The notes beneath the pieces are model-generated. The model was not told where the DNA came from, ran no database searches, and worked only from the letters and a program-made list of their open reading frames with translations. The translations under genes were made by a program, and so were the position numbers. Below are positions 1 through 7,539 of a stretch of 64,000 bases of DNA, piece after piece. The DNA is taken from IMG/VR virus record IMGVR_UViG_3300045591_000321, positions 3 to 64,002 of that record; one strand, written 5' to 3'. Position 1 is the first letter of the stretch. Every line of letters begins with the position of its first letter. The stretch comes from a virus (taxonomy: Duplodnaviria > Caudoviricetes).

Positions 1-16
1 CTCTTTTAGAATTCTG

Positions 17-586
17 ATGATTTGTTCCTCACTGAACCGTTTTTTCATGTTAATCACTCCATTTGCATTTTATCATATTGTGACTAACTTTTCTATTGGC
101 TCAGTTTTCGGGGTTCAGGTCAAACAAACATCCATTTTTTCCGGCGGTAACTCAATTCCCAACATTATGTCATCATATGATTTCGATAAGATTATGCTTC
201 GTTTTGAATTGCTTTTTGAACAGGTTATCTCTCATATGCCAAGCGCAGAAGAATCACACTATTCACATTATATCAAGGCCGCAGTCGATCTAATTCATCA
301 AGATTACAAAAAAAATATATCTCAGCAAAACATTGCAGACAAGTTGGGAATCAGCGGTTCCTATCTAAGTTCATTGTTTAAAAGCGAAACTGGCACCGGT
401 TTTTCCGAGTATGTGGCTGATTTCCGGTTAAAAAAAGCGGAAAATCTTTTTAAGAATGGTGAAAATAATATTCGTGAAGTTGCAATGATGTGTGGGTTTT
501 ACGATTACTATTACTTTTTTAAGGTTTTTAAGAAAAAATATAGTATGACACCAAATGAGTTTATTAAGAACTATGCGGCAGGTTAA
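17..586 (+). CDS. AraC/XylS-family transcriptional regulator (host gene; start uncertain, may begin before the window)
   Basis: C-terminal double HTH typical of AraC (SQQNIADKLGISGSYLSSLFKSETG...IREVAMMCGFYDYYYFFKVFKKKYSMTP); AT-rich; lies left of the putative att site. Confidence 0.8.
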   Translation: MICSSLNRFFMLITPFAFYHIVTNFSIGSVFGVQVKQTSIFSGGNSIPNIMSSYDFDKIMLRFELLFEQVISHMPSAEESHYSHYIKAAVDLIHQDYKKNISQQNIADKLGISGSYLSSLFKSETGTGFSEYVADFRLKKAENLFKNGENNIREVAMMCGFYDYYYFFKVFKKKYSMTPNEFIKNYAAG

Positions 587-898
587 ATTTGCAAGGTACA
601 CAATAAGCAAAGGTCGGAGCGCATGTCTCAGACTTCGTGAAATTTCAAAAAAACGTAAGGACTGCTTATCTACCCCAATGCATACTACAATTAAGGATAT
701 CGCGAGATTGCGTGTTATGCCGTCTGCTGCTGATAAAATTTTTTTCGAAATTCCGTTAGAATGACGTTACCAATGGCAGATTGCGGCGCTTTCGATTGTA
801 ATAAACCGCTTGTGTCAAGAGAAGTTTGCAATATAGCCAACAGGTAATAAAAATCCCCGCGAAGCCGCATGAATACTGGCTCCGTGGGGAAAGTGGTT

Positions 899-912
899 TT
901 ATTCCCACTCAA
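899..912 (-). other. Putative att core: duplicated 3' end of guaA (TTATTCCCACTCAA; minus strand reads GTT GAG TGG GAA TAA)
   Basis: Minus strand encodes ...E-W-E-stop like the GuaA C-terminus (TIEWE) and contains GAGTGGGA, the known core of guaA-targeting elements; a terminator-like imperfect inverted repeat follows at 854-890; the partner att is outside the window. Confidence 0.55.
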
Positions 913-1050
913 CATGACATAGGCATCAATGCATTTATATGGTCCACCTATGCCCGCCTTTCATCTTTAGCTTGCATATTTTACGCATTGTTTTTTCGCT
1001 TCAAAGCGGGAGTGTATCACAACTGTATCACGGCCCTCTTTCTGTTCACT

Positions 1051-1299
1051 TCACCCCTTTTCCCTATCGCCCAATCGCGTTTTCGCTGTCTTAACCTTGT
1101 TCGGAACGTACGTCATTATATCGGACAAATCGCATTCCAGCGCCTCACAGATCTTACTTAACTGATCGAGGCTTACCCGGTCGGTCACTTCATTATATAG
1201 CGCGTTGATGGTCGCCGCCCGGATGCCGGTGGCCCGCGCGAGATCAGCTTGTGTCCAGCGAAGCTCGCCCAGCTTGCGGGACAGTAAAATCTTTATCAT
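1051..1299 (-). CDS. Cro/C1-type HTH transcriptional regulator (HTH_26-like)
   Basis: WTQADLARATGIRAATINALYN...LDQLSKICEALECDLSDI. Confidence 0.85.
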   Translation of the reverse strand: MIKILLSRKLGELRWTQADLARATGIRAATINALYNEVTDRVSLDQLSKICEALECDLSDIMTYVPNKVKTAKTRLGDREKG

Positions 1300-1414
1300 A
1301 TGCTCTTACTCCTTTAAGTACGAGCATATAAAAAAGGCGATATAAAAATCTCGTTTTCGGAAGATTATTACCAATATTGTAATCTGGAATTTCCGAGCCG
1401 GGTTCCCCTACTCC

Positions 1415-1849
1415 CTACATTTTGTCTTGGGCTGGCGGCGTTTGGCTGTGTGGTATATTGAGGTAATCCCGGAGCGCCGTTTCGAGGATTCGCGAGTAGT
1501 TTACCCCCCGCTGCTCCGCAGCCTCTTTAAGCCATGCCGGCAAGGTGATATTCGTTTTCACGCGTCGGTTATCCAACTCGTCACGAACCATGTCCGGATA
1601 CACGGTAACAGGAGAGATCATATAACCCGGCGCAGTGTCTGGATCAACCATGGGGACCTGTGTCGGCTCCGGAACAGGATCGCCGTCCTGCTCCATCCCG
1701 TAAAGATGCAGACCGAGGGCGTCGGCAGCTTCCCGCTGCGCATCCTCGAACGTTTTTCCAAAGCTGACACAGCCGGGCAGATCGGGAAAATAAACGCCGA
1801 AACCGTCCTTGCTGGGCTCGAAGACGGCCAAATATGATAATTTGCGCAT
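1415..1849 (-). CDS. hicB: HicB-family antitoxin
   Basis: YLAVFEP..GFGVYFPDLPGCVSFGKTFEDAQREAADAL N-terminus and RHH-like C-terminus (KTNITLPAWL); directly downstream of hicA. Confidence 0.92.
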   Translation of the reverse strand: MRKLSYLAVFEPSKDGFGVYFPDLPGCVSFGKTFEDAQREAADALGLHLYGMEQDGDPVPEPTQVPMVDPDTAPGYMISPVTVYPDMVRDELDNRRVKTNITLPAWLKEAAEQRGVNYSRILETALRDYLNIPHSQTPPAQDKM

Positions 1850-1882
1850 AAACATAACTCCCTTCTCACCTCAGGTGGGGCT

Positions 1883-2071
1883 TTACTCAAGCCTTGCCTG
1901 TTTTTTTATGCTCTTCAACGTGCCAAGGGGAATATCGCCTGAATGGTTCGGTACGGTCACTCTGCCGGGCTTTGTGGGGTGTTTGAGCTGAATATGGGAC
2001 CCTTTCGTTCGGCCCGGCACTTCCTGCCAGCCGTCATTATGAAGTATCCTCAAAATCTCCCGAACCGTCAA
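1883..2071 (-). CDS. hicA: HicA-family mRNA interferase toxin
   Basis: GWQEV..TKGSHIQLKHP..GRVTVP.H.GDIPLGTLKSI, with the catalytic GSH motif. Confidence 0.93.
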   Translation of the reverse strand: MTVREILRILHNDGWQEVPGRTKGSHIQLKHPTKPGRVTVPNHSGDIPLGTLKSIKKQARLE

Positions 2072-2098
2072 CGTTCTTCCCCCTTCCTTATATTAACC

Positions 2099-2155
2099 AT
2101 TATACGCATATTCTATACGCATGTCAATAGATTTATGCGTATTTATTATGCGCAT
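2099..2155 (-). promoter_or_regulatory. hicAB sigma-A promoter with overlapping operator repeats
   Basis: Perfect TTGACA (2127-2122), 17 bp, TATAAT (2104-2099) on the minus strand; overlapped by ATACGCAT/ATGCGTAT direct and inverted copies. Confidence 0.8.
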
Positions 2156-2156
2156 A

Positions 2157-2354
2157 TTATTTGCCGATTTCTATAACGTCTTCGATGCGGCAATCAAGGG
2201 CAAGGCATATCTTTTCTAATATTGGAAGAGCCACATATTCTGACTTCCCCATCTTTGCGATCGTCGCCGTACTGATGCCGGCAATGTTGCACAATTCCAT
2301 CTTTTTAATTTTCTTATCAATTAAAAGCTTCCATAGCGGATCATAAGATATCAT
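2157..2354 (-). CDS. Cro/C1-type HTH regulator, divergent from the small-gene operon
   Basis: MISYDPLWKLLIDKKIKKMELCNIAGISTATIAKMGK, HTH_26-like. Confidence 0.85.
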   Translation of the reverse strand: MISYDPLWKLLIDKKIKKMELCNIAGISTATIAKMGKSEYVALPILEKICLALDCRIEDVIEIGK

Positions 2355-2399
2355 AATTTCGCCTCCTGCAATTTATGATAGCATAGTAATCCAGTGTTG

Positions 2400-2462
2400 T
2401 CAAAGATTATTTTTGAAACATCAAAGATTATTGTTGACATTTCAAAGATGTTGTAGTATCAT
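2400..2462 (+). promoter_or_regulatory. Promoter of the small-gene operon with three TCAAAGAT direct repeats
   Basis: TTGACA 2434-2439, 17 bp, TATCAT 2457-2462; TCAAAGAT at 2400, 2421 and 2442 (21-bp period). Confidence 0.65.
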
Positions 2463-2544
2463 ATAATTACAGAGAAATTAAAGAAATACTTTAATAACTT
2501 GCTAATTATATTTGAGAACTAATAAATTACAGGAGGGCACGAAA

Positions 2545-3156
2545 ATGATGATTCAGGAGTTCGAGAGCCGCACCGGATTTTACCCCAGTCAAGACCTTTA
2601 CAGCTTCATCGAAGCGGCTTACATGGAAAGCAATATTGATAAGGACGCTTTCTGCAAGGCCTACAAGGAAAACGAAAACGGAATGGCCGATGCTATCGCA
2701 CGGAAGGCCAGCATTACAAAAATCATTTCGTCAGACAAGGCCGAGAAGGAAACCTCCGCGAAGATTTCCGAACTTGAAAAAGAAGTTGAGAGGCTCAAGG
2801 CCCAGCTCGAAAGCGAGCAGGAATGGAAGCCCTACGAAAGCAATAACAACGTTAAACAGGCCGATTACGAAAAGCTGGCGGAGGGGGCTGCCGATGGGAA
2901 GTGTGCCCACTACATGACCGATGAAGAGGCCAAGGACTGGATTTGCAGCGAGTTCGATTTCGATCCTGCGAAGGTGACCATTCTCCATGAAATCGACGAA
3001 GAAGAGGTTAACCGCCATCACCAGTGCCGCAAGACCGGCAAAAAGATCGACCGCCGCCCTGTCTATTGCGCCACCGATTACCACTACATCAGGTTCAATA
3101 CCCGCAACTGGTACTACGAGGTCTGGAACGATACCCTCTGCCCGTTCTTCGATTAA
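2545..3156 (+). CDS. Phage hypothetical protein (coiled-coil segment)
   Basis: ORF with AGGAGG RBS; first gene of the plus-strand operon. Confidence 0.75.
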   Translation: MMIQEFESRTGFYPSQDLYSFIEAAYMESNIDKDAFCKAYKENENGMADAIARKASITKIISSDKAEKETSAKISELEKEVERLKAQLESEQEWKPYESNNNVKQADYEKLAEGAADGKCAHYMTDEEAKDWICSEFDFDPAKVTILHEIDEEEVNRHHQCRKTGKKIDRRPVYCATDYHYIRFNTRNWYYEVWNDTLCPFFD

Positions 3157-3203
3157 GCGCAACGACCCGCCCCGGAGGTTACGAGGGCAGAAAGGAAACC
3201 AGA

Positions 3204-3404
3204 ATGTACGGCCACATCTACATCAGGCACAACGGGGTAACCGTTATCTACAAGGCAAATGATTACGACGTGATCTATGATGCGCTCACCAACATGGGAT
3301 ATGATCACGAGGAAGCAGAGCACATTGCAAACTGGGCGGAAATGGCCACCATTGGCGATGAGTACGATAGCGGCAATCGAGACGAAATCACCCTCGGGGA
3401 ATAG
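3204..3404 (+). CDS. Small acidic hypothetical protein
   Basis: ATG after AAAGGA RBS; MYGHIYIRH... Confidence 0.65.
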   Translation: MYGHIYIRHNGVTVIYKANDYDVIYDALTNMGYDHEEAEHIANWAEMATIGDEYDSGNRDEITLGE

Positions 3405-3483
3405 GCAGAGTGACGGCCTCCGGGCCGGTAATGCGAGGCCAGGGTCACAAGCCCGGCAAGGTAAAATGAAAGGCGGTATTGAT

Positions 3484-3798
3484 ATGGACTTCTACGAAAT
3501 TCCAGAAGAAGCGGCGGCATTAGGCGGAATGTTGGAAATGGATTGCCCCAATAATGATTGCAAGGTTTATCGAAATACTTACAGGATGTACATTGAACTT
3601 AGACTGGACTATAAAACCGGAGAAGAAATATTCAGCGAGACAACAAAGCGAGCACTGCGTAAAGAAGCACGTGTTCTTGGCGGCGAAATTGAGGAAATGT
3701 ATTTTAGCAACTTTGCCATTCGAGAATACAGAAAAGCAGCTCGCAGAGCCTCACAAAAGGCGTTTGACCGCGAGTTTGGAGAGAAGCAAGGCGCGTAA
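3484..3798 (+). CDS. Hypothetical protein
   Basis: ATG after AAAGGCGGT RBS; MDFYEIPE... Confidence 0.6.
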   Translation: MDFYEIPEEAAALGGMLEMDCPNNDCKVYRNTYRMYIELRLDYKTGEEIFSETTKRALRKEARVLGGEIEEMYFSNFAIREYRKAARRASQKAFDREFGEKQGA

Positions 3799-3830
3799 TG
3801 CGAGGCCCGGAAGGGCGGAAAGGATGGAGC

Positions 3831-3986
3831 ATGAAAAGCGAAATTCAATCATTAAAAAGTGATTGCAACGAACCGAAAGAAAGGTTAATCAGCGTCATGA
3901 ACCATTTGTCCGAAATCGGAGCTGTCAAAGAGGCCGATCAACTTGAAAAGATAATCATCAAATTGGAGGTTTGGCAGAACCGATAA
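3831..3986 (+). CDS. Small hypothetical protein
   Basis: ATG after GGATGGAG; MKSEIQSLK... Confidence 0.6.
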   Translation: MKSEIQSLKSDCNEPKERLISVMNHLSEIGAVKEADQLEKIIIKLEVWQNR

Positions 3987-4031
3987 TCAATGCCGTGCTG
4001 GGCAACGTTCCCGGCAGAAAGGAAAAGGATT

Positions 4032-4376
4032 ATGACAAACGGTCTTGGAACGGTAACGGCGAACGTCACAGCATTCTTCGACGGAGGAGCTTTTACGACG
4101 CCGGAGGTCGGCATGGGAGCGACGCTGCTCATGTGGACGGATACCCACGCTTACACCATCAGCCGGGTAAGCCCCAGCGGAAAAACCTTCTGGATGCGTC
4201 AAGATGCTGCAGAGCGAACCGATCACAACGGGATGAGCGATTGTCAGGACTATCGTTACACGCCGCAGTCGGACGCACCCGAGGAATGCGTGCGGATGAC
4301 AAAGCGCGGTTGGATGCGCAGAGGGCAGTTCGTCCGCGTCGGCTATCGCCGGGAGTACTACGATTACTCATTCTAA
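4032..4376 (+). CDS. Phage hypothetical protein
   Basis: ATG after GGAAAAGGA; GMGAT...TDTHAYTISRVSPSGKT pattern resembles other phage small proteins. Confidence 0.7.
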   Translation: MTNGLGTVTANVTAFFDGGAFTTPEVGMGATLLMWTDTHAYTISRVSPSGKTFWMRQDAAERTDHNGMSDCQDYRYTPQSDAPEECVRMTKRGWMRRGQFVRVGYRREYYDYSF

Positions 4377-4530
4377 TCACCCGCCTGATGATGGCCCGGA
4401 GGGACCGGGCCGAAACGTCCGCGCAGCCAACGCGGGGAGCGTCGCGGGAACCCGTCGGCACAGGGGATCACACGCCGCCCCTTTCATTATATATTGTTCC
4501 TTGAAATGAGAATAATTTCGGAGGTGTGAA

Positions 4531-4698
4531 ATGCTCTCGCTCAAAATCAACTATGCCAATGGCGATTATGGGTACTCACGCATCAACGCCACACTAGAGG
4601 AGGCTCGTGAATACTACGAGGGCCAACTCTTCAATTTAGGGCCTGTCTTGGATAACATGCAGCAATGCACCAGCATCGAGATTCTGAAGGAGGAATGA
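4531..4698 (+). CDS. Small hypothetical protein (55 aa, absent from the ORF track)
   Basis: GGAGGTG RBS; MLSLKINYANGDYGYSRINATLEEAREYYEGQLFNLG...EILKEE-stop. Confidence 0.6.
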   Translation: MLSLKINYANGDYGYSRINATLEEAREYYEGQLFNLGPVLDNMQQCTSIEILKEE

Positions 4699-4914
4699 AT
4701 TACGAAAAAATTGACTTTAACCCACATTGGCCGCGATAGCTGGGACAGACCGGTTTATGAGTGCGACGGCCGGCTTTATGTCGACGTCGAACCGCGCAAA
4801 AATTGGAGCGCGAAGATTTGCACCAAGTACGGTAACGAATTCGACGGGGAACCGCTCGACCCGATTGCGGAAGATACCGAGGTGGATTTTATCCCTTGCC
4901 GGGATACATGGTGA
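4695..4914 (+). CDS. Small hypothetical protein; apparent +1 frameshift in an A6 run, or TTG start at 4711
   Basis: Coupled ATG at 4695 is out of frame with the long frame LTLTHIGRDSWDRPVYEC... Confidence 0.45.
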
Positions 4915-4940
4915 ATGATGGCCGGAAAATAAGCAAAAAA

Positions 4941-4982
4941 AATAAGCCCTCCCAGCCGCCGAAGCAGCCGAGAGGGCTTATT
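4941..4982. terminator. Intrinsic terminator between convergent operons
   Basis: AATAAGCCCTC...GAGGGCTTATT inverted repeat with a flanking A-tract. Confidence 0.7.
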
Positions 4983-4997
4983 GATCTTATGTGGGGA

Positions 4998-5546
4998 TTA
5001 TTTCGCGTCCGTGGTGACGGGCGCGACCGCCCCGCTTTCAGTCTGTACAGAGGTAGGAGCGGCCGAGACCGGAGCTGTAGCAGCATTGACGCTGTCGCTC
5101 TGCGTTCCGCTGGACAACGCTGTGCTCTGCTTTACTGCAGCTGCCTGATCCGCGCCGGTGGATGCCGTTGCCGCGACGTCCGTGCTCACCGTGCCAATCG
5201 GCTGGAGTGTTGCGGTTGCCGCCGATACTGTATTCATTGTCGTGTCCAGCAATTTGGTCGCGTACTGCTTCATGCTGTCAAATGTGCCCTGAACAATCAT
5301 CGAGAGAATTGTTTTGGTCAGAATGGGCTTCAGCCACGCCGGAAGGATCGCGTAAATCTGGCTGACAACCCAGTCCTTTTTCTCCGGGCCGGTCTTGCTG
5401 AGAGATTCCGCATCGTTAATCAGAGTGGCAACAAAGCTGCGGAACTTGGCGTTGGCCTTGTAGTAGGATACCAAGAAACCGAGGACAACGAGGACCACCG
5501 TGTAGAAGATGTGCGCATAGCTGATTGTAACACCAAGGATATTCAT
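4998..5546 (-). CDS. Putative holin (LL-H-like) with Ala/Thr-rich tail
   Basis: N-terminal TM helix, AE...GPEKKDWV motif, position in the lysis module. Confidence 0.65.
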   Translation of the reverse strand: MNILGVTISYAHIFYTVVLVVLGFLVSYYKANAKFRSFVATLINDAESLSKTGPEKKDWVVSQIYAILPAWLKPILTKTILSMIVQGTFDSMKQYATKLLDTTMNTVSAATATLQPIGTVSTDVAATASTGADQAAAVKQSTALSSGTQSDSVNAATAPVSAAPTSVQTESGAVAPVTTDAK

Positions 5547-5569
5547 ATGGACCTTCTTTCCGCCGGGGA

Positions 5570-5977
5570 TTACCCGGCCATGTTATTGTTAATGCCCTCT
5601 GCGGGCGGGTTGGCAGTATCATCAGACGGAACTTCGGTCGACGGTTCCGCCATTTGTTCCATCTGCTTTTCTGATTCATAGGTATTGATCGCGTTTTGGA
5701 CGCCGGAAACCGGATCGCCGCTCGACAGGCCGGAAGCCATCCCAGCAATCAGAGGCGTTGCCCATTTTGAATGTTCGAAGCCGGATTTCCCTGCATATTG
5801 GACGGAATTCGCCACAACAACCATCGCGGCGCAATTCATCATTCCGACGGCGTTCTCCAGCCCCCGGAACCACCCGATCATGACAATAACGATGAAGGCT
5901 GCGCAGCCAAAATAAACAAGCGTCGTGACGATTTTATGCGTGCTTGTGCCTTTCGCCCAATCGCGGATCCGCTTCAT
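5570..5977 (-). CDS. Membrane protein of the lysis module
   Basis: Two hydrophobic segments; overlaps the endolysin stop. Confidence 0.6.
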   Translation of the reverse strand: MKRIRDWAKGTSTHKIVTTLVYFGCAAFIVIVMIGWFRGLENAVGMMNCAAMVVVANSVQYAGKSGFEHSKWATPLIAGMASGLSSGDPVSGVQNAINTYESEKQMEQMAEPSTEVPSDDTANPPAEGINNNMAG

Positions 5978-7035
5978 ACGACGGTCCCCACGCAAATGCG
6001 TGTAGACCCGCAGTAAAAACCGGCCTCTCCCCTGCCGACCGCCTTGAACTTTGTCAACCAGTAGACACCGCTCTTCAAGGGCTGTCCAACCTGCTGGAAA
6101 ACAGAGGTGGTGCCGCAGACAACAGGGAAATCCGTCTTAAACTGATAGATTTCTCCAACCTTTTTTGAGAGTGCGGTTGTGTCGCTGAACGGTTTCCTGA
6201 CTACGGCAACGCACACGCGCTTCCCATTCTCATAAAAGCCGACGCCCGTGGTTAACGCCTGAGCCTTGAACTTTGTGTAGTGGTATCCATCTGCTCCCAC
6301 CACGTGAGAAACCTGCGCAAAGGAGCTGTTCGCGCAGGAAAGCTGAGAGCCAGATTTGAACTGATATTCCATGCCAGGGCACACAGTGAGAGAAGCTGTG
6401 TCGCAGAAATTCGGGTTCACGCTTCCGGCACCAATTCTGGCGACCAGTGCCGGATTGTAGCAAACATCGAGGTCTATGTACTGCGAACCGTTGCCGGCAA
6501 GGACGCCTGTCGACGAATACTGCCAGATGTCACAGGCACCAGAATAGTTCACATGTTCCGGCGATTCTCCGGAGTACATGGCCAGCCAGAAGCCGAAGCC
6601 TTTGTTTCGGCAAAAGGCCACGTCGATTTCGTTGATCTGCCAGTTGCGGTTGCAGTAGAGATATGGCAGGTAACCCGCCGCCTTTATCAGGCTAAGGAAC
6701 GCACAGGCGATATCGGTTGTCTGACTTTTGCTTTGGGCGGCCAGCGCGGCGCACTCGGCATCGTAAGCAACAAAAAGCGGTGAGCTCCCAGCAATCTGAG
6801 AAAGCGCGAACTTGGCCTCCGCCTGCGCTCCGGAAATTGTGTTTGCCTCGGCGTAAGCATAAACCGCATATGGGATTTTGTTGGCCTTACAGGCTGCAAG
6901 ATTTGATTGGAATTTTGAATCCACAGACGTCCCGCAGGACACTCGAAGCACGGCAAATCCGCATTTGCCACTTGCCTTTAATTTTGCAAAATCAATATTT
7001 CCATTCCATTTTGACACATCGACTCCATACAACAT
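5974..7035 (-). CDS. Endolysin, GH25 muramidase with two C-terminal beta-rich repeats
   Basis: GVDVSKWNG, AYDAE, DIWQYSSTG, IDLD GH25 motifs. Confidence 0.92.
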   Translation of the reverse strand: MLYGVDVSKWNGNIDFAKLKASGKCGFAVLRVSCGTSVDSKFQSNLAACKANKIPYAVYAYAEANTISGAQAEAKFALSQIAGSSPLFVAYDAECAALAAQSKSQTTDIACAFLSLIKAAGYLPYLYCNRNWQINEIDVAFCRNKGFGFWLAMYSGESPEHVNYSGACDIWQYSSTGVLAGNGSQYIDLDVCYNPALVARIGAGSVNPNFCDTASLTVCPGMEYQFKSGSQLSCANSSFAQVSHVVGADGYHYTKFKAQALTTGVGFYENGKRVCVAVVRKPFSDTTALSKKVGEIYQFKTDFPVVCGTTSVFQQVGQPLKSGVYWLTKFKAVGRGEAGFYCGSTRICVGTVV

Positions 7036-7050
7036 AAAGATTCTCCTTCC

Positions 7051-7365
7051 TTAACCTCCGTGGTTGCGTTCGGCGTTCTGTTGAAGCAAATAGGCGTTCA
7101 AGGCGTCTGTAAAGTTATGGTAGTATTCAAGCGCATCGTCCGTCTTTCCGTTTGCGTGCCCGAGTTTTTGATTCTCGGCCGTTGCCTCGGAGAGATGGCC
7201 TATCGCCTGAATTCCACGAAACAGCAAAACGCTTTCCTTTTTGCGAAATTCTTCGCGGTTGTCCTGTTTCTGATCCATCTTGTCGATTTTCCGCAGAACC
7301 AGCCTACTGATGATTGTGCCGACTCCGAGCGCGCTGAATATGATGGTTAAAACCTGCACTATCAT
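7051..7365 (-). CDS. Small membrane/holin-like protein
   Basis: N-terminal TM (MIVQVLTIIFSALGVGTIISRL) upstream of the endolysin. Confidence 0.6.
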   Translation of the reverse strand: MIVQVLTIIFSALGVGTIISRLVLRKIDKMDQKQDNREEFRKKESVLLFRGIQAIGHLSEATAENQKLGHANGKTDDALEYYHNFTDALNAYLLQQNAERNHGG

Positions 7366-7492
7366 TTTTACACCTGCTTTTAGAAAATTTAGCCACCCAC
7401 TTTTGAGCGGCCACGCAGCCGGCTCGGTTTCACCCGTGCCAGTATCTGGTCTTGAATCACTGACTATTTCATGATTACCATCTCCAAACATG

Positions 7493-7514
7493 AAAAAAGC
7501 CCTCTTCTGAGGGC
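7493..7514 (-). terminator. Intrinsic terminator after the DGR RT
   Basis: GCCCTC-AGAA-GAGGGC-TTTTTT on the minus strand. Confidence 0.75.
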
Positions 7515-7539
7515 GAATATATAAATTAAAAAAGAGCGG

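Noticed and set aside
600-850. Short ORFs 555-764 and 715-915
   Set aside because: No RBS or motifs; most likely intergenic host DNA next to the att site
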